NCBI GenBank assembly: GCA_964252035.1
Contig: OZ176200.1
DNA: 64,000 nt
Source of the DNA: Podarcis erhardii
Lineage: Eukaryota
Reading direction: 5' to 3' (one strand)
Shown here: positions 38,448-48,560 of the stretch, in pieces
Position numbering within the stretch: the first letter of the stretch is position 1
How the letters are laid out: the number at the start of each line of letters is the position of its first letter
The notes under the pieces: model-generated
Told to the model about the DNA's origin: nothing
Seen by the model: the letters and a program-made list of their open reading frames with translations, nothing else
Databases searched by the model: none
Program-made: the position numbers and the translations under genes

Positions 38448-38531
38448 ACCATCCCAGATAGAAGGAGTGTACCGTTCTTCGGTCAAGGGTATACGATAGC
38501 TGTGCTCTCCTGCTAGAACCTCCAAAGAAAG
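38448..38531 (+). pseudogene. Internal fragment of 7SK snRNA (RN7SK pseudogene fragment)
   Basis: accatcccagatagaaggagtgtaccgttcttcggtcaagggtatacgatagctgtgctctcctgctagaacctccaaagaaag aligns to the middle of vertebrate 7SK (ACCATCCCCGATAGAGGAGGACCGGTCTTCGGTCAAGGGTATACGAGTAGCTGCGCTCCCCTGCTAGAACCTCCAAACAAG). Confidence 0.88.
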
Positions 38532-38793
38532 TAAAAGTGCACCTTTTTCAATGGCACTGAACAATCAAGTTGAAAATCAAACAAAATTACAGAAATCTTG
38601 GAAGCTGCATTCATTAATAAACTGTTTATATGACCAAGTCCAATTGATTAATGCCATCTTTGTCACAGGAAATACACAGGACTGTATCACAAGCAGATGA
38701 AACAAAAGGCAAGTTGCTCACTACCCTACTTTTTAGCAGCTAAACTTTGCTCTCCAACAAGCATCAGTTCAGCAGTTCAGCTGCAGTCTAAAC

Positions 38794-38930
38794 CAGTGTT
38801 TCCCAACCTTGGGTCTCCAGCTGGTTTTGGACTACAACTCCCATCATCCCTAGCTAGCAATACCATTGGTCAGGGATGATGGGAATTGTAGTCCAAAAAC
38901 AGCTGGGGACCCAAGGTTGGGAACACACTG
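38794..38930. mobile_element. Palindromic hAT MITE
   Basis: TIRs cagtgtttcccaacctt / aaggttgggaacacactg; 8-bp TSD GTCTAAAC on both sides. Confidence 0.88.
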
Positions 38931-39698
38931 GTCTAAACAGCTGTAGTGGCAAGCAAGATGCACTATATGCCAAATGGCCCGGAGTTTGTTGATACAAATT
39001 GCTTACAGCTATTTTCCATACTAGCTGCATGTGGTGCATATTCTACTCATCTTCTCTCGGGTTATTTTGGAGACTCACTTGTGTATGTCTGTGGCTAGGC
39101 TGCAAAAATATTTGAATTGTTGACGATTCTGCTCCTTCTTCCTGGAGCTACCTCCTAGTTTGCAGTAATGAACAATAAATATGAAAGATGCTGAAGAATC
39201 TTTTGTACAGAGGGATGAAGAAAGAGTAAGTGAATATGCTTTGACTACTCTCTTGAAGGTGCGGCTGTTTCTCATCACAGCCAAACCCTTTGCACTGCTT
39301 GCAGATCTGACCTACATTCTGCAGAGAAGCTTCACGTGAGGCGTTATAAAATCATTGTAATCATACATAATAGCTATATAACCACAACTGTTTTGCTGGA
39401 TTAGATATATTGATAAAGAGCAAGCATGTGCATGCTTTTAAAAAAATTTAAATGGAAAAATAGAATGACTCTGTTTCCATTTTCTTAATGTCCCTAAAAT
39501 GAGGGTTTCTCAGTCCTGAGAGGTCACAGCAGAACTGAAAGTGATGAAAGGGTGGATATTTCAAGACAGGCTTCTAAATGCAAAACAGTATGATGTTGCT
39601 CAATGGCCTTTTAGTAAACAGGGAGAATATTGACTCCAATCAGAAGTGGGGAGAACAGCCCATATTCCCTTTTTATACAGCTGCTAAATAGTACAAGA

Positions 39699-40054
39699 GG
39701 GATGCAGGTGGCGCTGTGGGTTAAACCACAGAGCCGAGGACTTGCCAATCAGAAGGTCGGCGGTTCGAATCCCCGCGACGGGGTGAGCTCCGGTTGCTCA
39801 GTCCCTGCTCCTGCCAATCTAGCAGTTCGAAAGCACGTCAAAGTGCAAGTAGATAAATAGGTACCACTCTGGCAGGAAGGTAAACGGCGTTTCCGTGCGC
39901 TGCTCTGGTTCGCCAGAAGCGGCTTAGTCATGCTGGCCACATGACCCGGAAGCTGTACGCCAGCTCCCTCGGCCAATAAAGCGAGATGAGCACCACAACC
40001 CCAGAGTCGGTCACGACTGGACCTAACCATCTGGGGTCCCTTTACCTTTACCTT
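39699..40054 (+). mobile_element. Sauria (Squam1) SINE, full length
   Basis: A box ggtggcgctgtgggttaaa, B box ggttcgaatccc, ACCTTT tail; 14-bp TSD taaa(t/c)agtacaaga with one mismatch. Confidence 0.92.
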
Positions 40055-40319
40055 TAAACAGTACAAGAAGTCTGTCCTCTGCATCTGGACATCCTAGTGT
40101 ACCTTTTCCCAACAGTATGGCTAGCTCCCCTACACAGAGTTAGCCTCCTCTTAGGGATACACTTTCACCATTTATTACATGAGAACTGGATACTGCATTC
40201 CAAGTAATATTTAAAATGGAATGAAAATGATTTTATGTGGGAAATATTTCAGGATAATCCACTAAACAGCTCAGTATTTAAAATACCTGTGGCACTCTAG
40301 TTATCAATGCTGGGCTTGC

Positions 40320-40770
40320 CACAGTCACCTGGTTGGCCAGGATGCTGGATTACATGAACCATCAGCCTGATCCAGCAGGCTCTCCTATGTTCTTCTGCTA
40401 CCACACTAGCTGATTAGAGAACTTACCGTGATAACAATCAATAACTCATCTAGGTGTGGATATTTCTTTTGTAACAGTCTCTAACACAGTCATATAAGTA
40501 CCTGGAACTGGGACACATGAGAAACTTGTGTCTTCTCCATTAGTGAAGAGCTGATTTGTTTATGAACAATACCAGTCCTTGAGAAACTCAGCTTTTTACA
40601 TCCTTCCATTCTGATAACTGCTCTTTGCTTCCTGTAACTTAACCAGTTCCTGATCCACAGAAGGACCTCTCCACTTATTCCATTACCACTAAGCTTGCTT
40701 AGTAGTCGTTGGCGAGCTACATTGTTGAAAGCTTTTTGAAAATTCAAGTATACTATGTTTTTCATGTCTT
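40320..40770. mobile_element. CR1 fragments (3' tail on +, RT fragment on -)
   Basis: Minus ORF VYLNFQKAFNNVARQRLLSKLSGNGISGEVLLWIRNWL; plus-strand gatgctggatta...gcctgatccagcaggctc tail. Confidence 0.65.
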
Positions 40771-42174
40771 TTAAGCATTGGGCATTGTGTACCTCATCTA
40801 AACACCAGCATTGGTGTAACTCATGTCACATCCACACCACACATTTAAAGCACATGCCTTTAAAGAATTTGGGGAAATGTAGTTAAGGGTCCTGGGAATT
40901 GTAGCTCTGTGAGGAGTAGACAAACAGCTTGAACAAGAACTAATTCATTCAAAATTCAAAACAGGTTATTATCTACTTCCACAGATATTGACATTTTCTA
41001 TTGCACAAATTAGCTACAATGAGTCTTCTGCCAACTAAAGGCCCACTGAACCCTCTAAAATGCCCCTCCTGGGGGTTATGGAACCATCCCAAGTTGTAGG
41101 GCCAGTGCAGGTTGCAGCAGGGCTACAGAATCGGCAGACTCGAGGTGAAGCATGCCTTTTCACTTGTGAAAGGCATCTTAAGGTCCAAACTATAAACTGT
41201 TATGGGTGGTAGGGGCAGAACCCCCCCCCCCTAATCTCTATATTAAGAGATGGGGTGGAATTTGAGCGAACTCATAAATTTGTAAATTTAGCAAGGGCTG
41301 GAACTAATACTGGCTAGCTTCCTCATGAGGCCAGTCTGGCAAGGATAGGTCATTGAAGAAAGAAAAGACTGGTTTGTTTGATAACAGTAAGACATCAGCA
41401 AAACATAAGACCCTCTGCCCAGTAGCTTTTGGGGTAGGATTGCCGTTGGTCTGGTGTCAGCAGCTGGACAAAATACCTTTCGCAATGGACTTGGGAAATG
41501 GAGGCTGCCAGGGTGGCTGCGAGGGGGGTGCTCAAAGTGGAAGGAGAAGGGTTGTTTTCTGCAAGTAGAGCTGGGAAGGAGAAGGAGGAGGTGAGCAAAA
41601 CTCCATGGAGGGGCTGAAGGGCAATAGCCATGCTGGGTAGCTGGAGCAGGCCATTACAGAGAGACACAGGGACAGTGCTTAGAAGCCCTCTGAATGCTAG
41701 GAAGATAAGCCCCTTTTGCTTGTCCTCTGTGCTGTGAACGCCATAAAACTCAGGTGTAAATATATGTGAATAAACCATATTTCTTAAAGACACTACAGTT
41801 GCCACCATGTTTCACTGCAAAAGAACACAACCCCTGGTTAAGTGCCAAAGCCCCTGGATTCTTGCTACTGCTCAGCAGAGATTGGGGTGGCTTGCAACAA
41901 TACAATAGCAAAATGATTTGGATAGACCTAAGCAGTAAGCTTCCAATGGGTGTATATTATTCATAATATTACTTATGCCAGTGTATTACATATACAAGCC
42001 ACAGAAGCATAAATTTGTTTTAATATAGATTTCAAACATTACATGTGCCTTTACTGCATCCACATAGCATTGATATTGGAAAGTATTTTCCAACTGTAAG
42101 AACAACCGAGCCATGGAATAAGTTGCATCATAAATGTTATTCACCTTCCCCCTGTCCTGTTAAGTTCTGTCTAA

Positions 42175-42907
42175 AATAGTTCTCTCCCTGACCTAGCCAC
42201 TGTGATCCATGCGATGGTCACCTCCAGACTGGATTATTGTAACTCGCTCTACGTGGGGCTGCCCTTGAGACTGACCCAGAAACTCCAGCGGGTGCAGAAT
42301 GCCGCGGCGAGACTCCTTATGGGGTCTTCGCTGCGAGATCACATTCATCCGGTACTATACCAGCTGCACTGGCTCCCGGTGGAGTACAGGATCAGGTTTA
42401 AGGTGCTGGTTTTAACCTTTAAAGCCCAATACGGCCTAGGACCCTCGTACCTACGGGACCGCCTCTCCTGGTATGCCCCACAGAGAAACCTACGGTCTGC
42501 AAATAATAACATCCTCAAAGTCCCAGGCCTCAGAGAGGTTAGGCAGGCCTCAGCTAGAGCCAGGGCCTTCTCGGCTGCGGCTCCAATCTGGTGGAACGCT
42601 CTGTCACAAGAGACTAGGGCCCTGCGGGACCTGACATCCTTCCGCAGGGCCTGCAAGACAGAGCTGTTCCACCAGGCCTTTGGTCAGGGCGCAGCCTGAC
42701 TCCCTCCTCTGGCAACCTGCACAGAATCTTGCTTAATCGGTTGCCATTAATTTGATTTTAATTAATTTTTATAATGAAATATTTTTAGAGTGTGATTATT
42801 TGATTGTTTGATTATTTGATTATTGTTAGCCACCCTGAGCCCGGCTTCGGCTGGGGAGGGCGGGATATAAATAAAATTAATTATTATTATTATTATTATT
42901 ATTATTA
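42175..42907 (+). mobile_element. L2-clade LINE 3' end, relatively young
   Basis: Uninterrupted 165-aa ORF (TSRLDYCNSLYVGLP...LHWLPVEYRIRFK...KTELFHQAF), 3' UTR and (ATT)n tail. Confidence 0.9.
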
Positions 42908-43609
42908 TGCCTAGAACATCTTGCAAGTGTGCATTTTGATTTTGAACTAGACAGCCCTAAAGGTAAATTATCCAATCAAATGTCACATGGACAGGATCCA
43001 AATAAATGTGTCATTAGTTTTGTATAGTCAAGGTAGTGTCTTTCCCTCCCAACAGCAGCCCAAGGCAAAACACTTCAAAACTACTTAATACTGTAGTGTG
43101 GAAGCCAACCAAATATAATAAAGATCAGGGGCTGGATAAGACCACTGGGGTTCCCATGTAAGCTGATTAAAATACAATAATCAACCAGATACAGGGAGTA
43201 TCAAAAGATAATATGGCTTTAGGAAGAGCAATTATGTGGGTGGGGTAGGGTGGGGTGGGGTAGGAGAAAAATAATCTCACAGTGCAGTGTGTCTCTAAAG
43301 TAGCTACTAATATTCTCCTAAAGAAGCAAAACTGGCAGAACCTATTTATTATAATGAATTGAGAAAAAAAAAACTGTTTTTTAATCAATGTCAGAATGAC
43401 AATATACATATATTTATGAAAGTATTACAGATGAGAGGGAGTTGTATTATTGTCGGCTAAGTGCAAAGGGGTCCAATGCCAAAGGAAAATAATTTTTAGG
43501 GATGCCTCAGAGGTTAATTTTGTTGATGAACCAGTCACCTTAATGATTATCAGTTTTCATTTTAATTGTGCTTTATGATTTAATTTTGTACATTGTCCTG
43601 ATACTTTAT

Positions 43610-43700
43610 TATCACAGAATTGGAAGGGATCCTGAGGGTCATCTAGTCCAACACCCTGCAATGTAGGAATCTCAACCAAATCACCTATGACAGATAATCC
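43610..43700 (-). mobile_element. CR1 3' terminus
   Basis: cacagaattggaagggatcctgagggtcatctagtccaac, as at 3222. Confidence 0.65.
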
Positions 43701-44142
43701 TCAACAGAGGCAACCTTGTGCAGCTACCTTTCAGCAGAAAGCCAGGCTTTCTAACCCATAGACAGAATCATGGGGTGGGGTGGGTGGTTGAGAGCTGGGA
43801 AAACAAATATTTTTTTTTCAAAAGGAAAGGAAATAATAGCAGAACTCTGTTTTAGCCCCCATGATATTTCCTAGTTGCTAATAACTGTTAGTTCCTTCCC
43901 ACGGGTCATTTTGCCCCTCCGGATTAAGGATGATAAATTGGCAAATCACGGGTCAGGTCTTGTCTGCAAAGTAGCTTTCTCTCTTCCCAAACGTATACTC
44001 AACAAGGTATGATAACGTTGACTTTCACTAAAGTTGCAACCCTAATCCCACTTAACTACTATGTCATAAAATAGTACATTGTTTAGTGTGGGTTTGGTAA
44101 TGAAGTCAAATGAGTAATAATAAAAGCTTACTGTCAAAGTTA

Positions 44143-44460
44143 GGGACGCGGATGGCGCTGTGGGTTAAACCACAGAGCCTAGGACTTGCAACGGGGGGAG
44201 CTCCCATTGCTCAGTCCCTGCTCTTGCCAACCTAGCAGTTTGAAAGCACGTCAAAGTGCAAGTAGATCAATAGGTACCACTCCAGCAGGAAGGTAAACGG
44301 CGTTCCCGTGCGCTGCTCTGGTTCGCCAGAAGCGGCTTAGTCATGCTGGCCACATAACCGGGAAGCTATATGCCAGCTCCCTCAGCCAATAAAGCGAGAT
44401 GAGCGCCGCAACCCCAGAGTCGGCCACAACTGGACCTAATGGTCAGGGGTCCCTTTACCT
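44143..44460 (+). mobile_element. Sauria SINE lacking the B-box segment
   Basis: Perfect 15-bp TSD TTACTGTCAAAGTTA (44128-44142 and 44461-44475); about 30 nt including ggttcgaatcc are missing. Confidence 0.9.
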
Positions 44461-45376
44461 TTACTGTCAAAGTTACTGTCAATGTTAAGATGAAGCAGAT
44501 GCAGATTTGTGCTAGCTGCCCCTTCTGAGATGCAGCAGCTACTACCACCCAATGAGAAGACCTAGAGGGGGTGTTTGCGCCTACTTGTGTGGGTCAAACC
44601 ACTTGCTCTGTGCCACAGTGCTGCATGCATACTCTCCCTCTGCCACCCAAGCTTAGAGGGGATATGGCACAGAGAAGGGCATATGTGCACATGAGTGAGG
44701 AGGCAGCAGCTGCTCTTACAAGGAAAAGAAAACTGCTGCTTAAGGTAGCAACCAATAAGCAGCAGCAACTGCAATTGTCTTTCTCACTTGCCACCTTGGG
44801 TTGATGCAATGGAGACAACCGGACCTGATGAACCCTCCACTCAAAAAAAATTATGTCCAGAGAAAATGGGCAACTGTATGCAGAGGTGGCACCTACTTTG
44901 ACAAGCATTTGTTCTTATATGCGGAAGGGCTATAGCTTGGTGGCTGAACATTTGATAGCATGCAAAAGGTCTCAGCTTCAATTCTCAGCAGTTCCTTGCA
45001 AGACTGGAAATATCACCTGCCAACACCTTGCAGAGTTGCTGTCAATCAATGTAAACAATACACAGGCAGATGGATCAATGGTCTCACCTCTGTATAAGTC
45101 AGCTTCCTGTGTTCCTATGCTCACATGAACATTATCATGTTTTGCCTTTCGTAGAGAAAGATAATAAACAATGGGAACCAACATACAAACTTGGAAAGTC
45201 ACCACTGAGGTATCCATACTTTTGCATGCCACCCCAATCTCTGAGTGGTGTGAGATTCCAGGGGTGCCAGCTGTTTACCCAAGTTTCGGTGCCCTTGGAA
45301 TGAGGAACAGCAGAGACTGTGGTGTCTTTATTATATGTGGTTTGTTTAAACATATATACAACCTGAGCCTATGATG

Positions 45377-45728
45377 GAGGACGTGGGTGGCGCTGTGGGT
45401 TAAACCACAGAGGCTAGGACTTGCCAATCAGAAGGTCGATGGTTCGAATCCCTGCAACGGGGTGAGCTCCCGTTGCTTGGTCCCTGCTCCTGCTAACCTA
45501 GCAGTTCGAAAGCACGTCAAAGTGCAAATAGATAAATAGGTACCGCTCCAGTGGGAAGGTAAACGGCATTTCCGTGCGCTGCTCTGGTTCGCCAGAAGTG
45601 GCTTAGTCATGCTGGCCACATGACCTGGAAGCTGTACGCCAGCTCCCTCGGCCAATAAAGCGAGATGAGCACCACAACCCCAGAGTCGGCCACGACTGGA
45701 CCTAATGGTCAGGGGTCCCTTTACCTTT
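45377..45728 (+). mobile_element. Sauria (Squam1) SINE, full length
   Basis: Colinear with 39699-40054. Confidence 0.92.
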
Positions 45729-45974
45729 TTAAGGTTTTGTTTCTCCAACAGCAACAGTCTTGGATTCAAACCAAAATCAAGCTTGGCTCTTCCCTTATGC
45801 TTCTGCCTGCCACCTGCTTCTAGTGGAACTATCACACACAACTCTAGTTTTTGCCCTTCTAACGAACAGCTAGTTGAGGGAGTATAGGCAGTAGGGACCA
45901 CTCATTTGTTGTCTAGAACAGAGCTACTTTCTTTGTTACCTTAATGAATCATACTCAGGTCATTTCCAAGAAGC

Positions 45975-47560
45975 TGACCTGGTTATTCCAACAATTGAAT
46001 TCATCATTATTATTTTTTACGGTTTTCAGTTATATACATTTCAGTAGTTTTACAGTTATTTTAACATTTCAAGACTTGACTTCCTTCCCCCTCTTTCTAC
46101 AGTTCATTAAATTTATTTTTATCATCTCCTGCATATTCTAAATTGACTTAACTGCATTAACTTAACTGCATATTCTAACTTAACTCAACTTAACTTATTA
46201 TTCATCTACTTTAATTATATACTCTTATGAAACTGCAGGTTATTGCAATGATCCTGCCAATGTCCTTATCTGTTTACAATTTGTTTGTAAATATTCAATA
46301 AACCATTTCCATTCTTTTATAAAAAAGTTTGTTATCTTGATTTCTTATTTTTCCAGTAAGTTTTGCCATTTCTGCATAGTCCATAAGTTTTTGTATCCAT
46401 TCTTCTTTCATTGGGACTTCTTTCCATTTTTGGGCAAAAAACATTCTTGTTGCTGTAGTCGCATACATGAATAAATTTATATACTGTTTAGGTAGTTCTA
46501 TCCCTATAATTCCCAAAAGGAAAGCTTCTGGGTTATTGTTTTTTAAGAAATGTTATTTTAAACATCTTTTTCAATTCAATATATATCATTTCCCAGTAAG
46601 CTTTAAACTTACTATAAGGCCACCACATATGATAGAAAGTGCTATCTTTCTCTTTGCATTTCCAACACTTATTCAATTCTGATTTATACATTTTTGCCAA
46701 TTTACTCGGTGTTAGATACCATCTATATAACATTTTTATGTAATTTTCTCTTAAACCATAGCACGCTGTAAATTTTATATCTGTATTCCACAATTGTTCC
46801 CACGCTTCCATATCTATATTATAACCAATATATCATTGAAGATTTTAGTTGCTCATCCTTTGTCTCCCATTCCAGTAATATCTTATACATTTTCGACAGC
46901 ACTTTAACATTACATTCCAACAGATCTCTCTAATTGTGATATTTGTTCCCCAAACCCTCGTATCCTATCTTTCTTAAATACTTCATTCAAATGATCACAT
47001 TGTATCCATGTTTCCTGATAAATCCTTAAATTCTTTTAATTGTTTTAATAAATTTCTATAAGCTGTCCAACCTTTTATCATATTCCTTTTCTTTAGTGCT
47101 ATGGCTTCCAATGGTGAGAGCCAAAGTGGTGTTTTTGCCCCAAATAAAGTTCTCTATTTATCCCATACTCTATACATTTTTTCCCTAATTATGTGACTTG
47201 TAAATCCTTTCTGTACTTTCACCTTTTCATACCACAAATAGATGTGCCAACCCAAAATATTATCATGACCTTCTAAATCTAAGATATGTGGATTCTCCAG
47301 TGTCATCCATTCTTTCAACCAACAAAGACAAGATGCTTCATAATATCATATCATATCTGGCAAGAAGAATCCTCCTCTCTATTTTGCATCTATCAATATT
47401 TTATATTTTATTCTCGGTTTTTCTCCCTTGCCAGATATATTTAGAAATATCTTTTTGCCAAACATTGAAACAATGTATTGAAAAACAATTGTCTGTCATC
47501 TGAAGAGGAAAAAAAGGCATTGGGTAGCTTCCCTTCTTTTGTATTACTTTTCCTTATAGT
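45975..47560 (-). mobile_element. L1-clade LINE, 3' about 1.6 kb of ORF2 (degenerate)
   Basis: Minus ORFs: KMLYRWYLTPSKLAKMYK..NKCWKCKEKDSTFYHMWW (L1 C-terminal CCHC knuckle) and TATRMFFAQKWK...EEWIQKLMDYAEMAKLT. Confidence 0.85.
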
Positions 47561-48239
47561 CCTGTCCAATTCCTGGTTTCTCTTCAGTTAGTATAACTCT
47601 TTCGCCTTTTACCAACAATTGAATTCCTGCAGGATTCAGCAATTAGAAGGGACTCAGACATACAGCCTAACACACACCACAAACTTGCAACACTGCTATA
47701 CAGGTAAGTACCGTACATTTTCATCACAACATTTCATTTATTTATTCATAAAAAATATTTATACACCACATATAGATCTTTATCACAGAAGGTTACAACA
47801 ATATAAAAACATAAAACCAAAAATAAAAAATTAAACAAGTTTAAAAGGCAAAAGGAAATAAATAAAAAATATTGATAGACTGTGTGTGTGTGTGTACCAA
47901 TCAGGAAGTCTGTGTTACTTCTTTTCTGGTTATCTTTAATTTTTACGAGAATTAAAGCTAAGGCTGCAATTCCAGACACGTTTGTTCCCTATTCCGCCTC
48001 ACCGACCACACTGGAGGTTGGGAAGAGATTCCTCTCGGCAGCAGCTGAAGAGCTCTTGACTATGGTTAGATATTTAGCTCTCTGCACATAGCGATTGCCC
48101 ATTGATGAAAACATGTGTTGCAAGAGGGACCGATGTTATGCAAAGGGAGATAACGATCATTATACTTAATTGGTGTTCAGAGCAAAGAAAGAAAAGCTCC
48201 ACTTAGCTGAGCAAGTAAGTCCAAATAGAAAAGGTGTGA

Positions 48240-48560
48240 ATTTTACTACTTACCAATAGCCGTTGGGGAAGGAGCTCTGGCCAATCAGGAACGAGAAGGG
48301 GCGGGGCTTGGGGCTGCTTACCTTTCCTTGCTCTCGCATCCTGCGCCTCCTCAGCGCCGGGCAAGAGGACGAGGTGAGCGCGGAGTGCGCTGCGCGCCAA
48401 GCGGGAGTCGCTCCGCAGAAGTCATTCGCCTCTTTCCCAAGAAGCTCGTCGCTGCCAAAAGTCATCCTCGCGGCCATCTCGAGAAATGGCCGAGAGCCGG
48501 GACCCTGCTAGCGAGCAGCTGAAGCGCTGGCAAGAACTGCGGGGCTCGCAGGTACAGAAG
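48240..48560 (+). promoter_or_regulatory. CAT: CpG-rich TATA-less catalase promoter and 5' UTR
   Basis: CCAAT boxes at 48253-48257 and 48281-48285, perfect Sp1 box GGGGCGGGGC at 48298-48307, dense CpG (continuing to about 48900), strong Kozak context gagaaATGG. Confidence 0.8.
48486..48551 (+). CDS. CAT: Catalase exon 1
   Basis: [22 protein letters not shown]|gtacag (human [22 protein letters not shown]). Confidence 0.93.

Noticed and set aside
39699-39790. tRNA genes at the SINE heads (also 45377 and 62117)
   Set aside because: A and B boxes are present but no complete cloverleaf; each continues into a SINE body and tail.
43238-43264. G-quadruplex-forming run GGGTGGGGTAGGGTGGGGTGGGG
   Set aside because: Intergenic, common in vertebrate DNA and not linked to any feature.
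26300-48200. Remnant catalase exons on the minus strand between ELF5 and CAT
   Set aside because: Looked for because of the mammalian arrangement, but no catalase-like peptide was recognisable; a tBLASTn would settle it.
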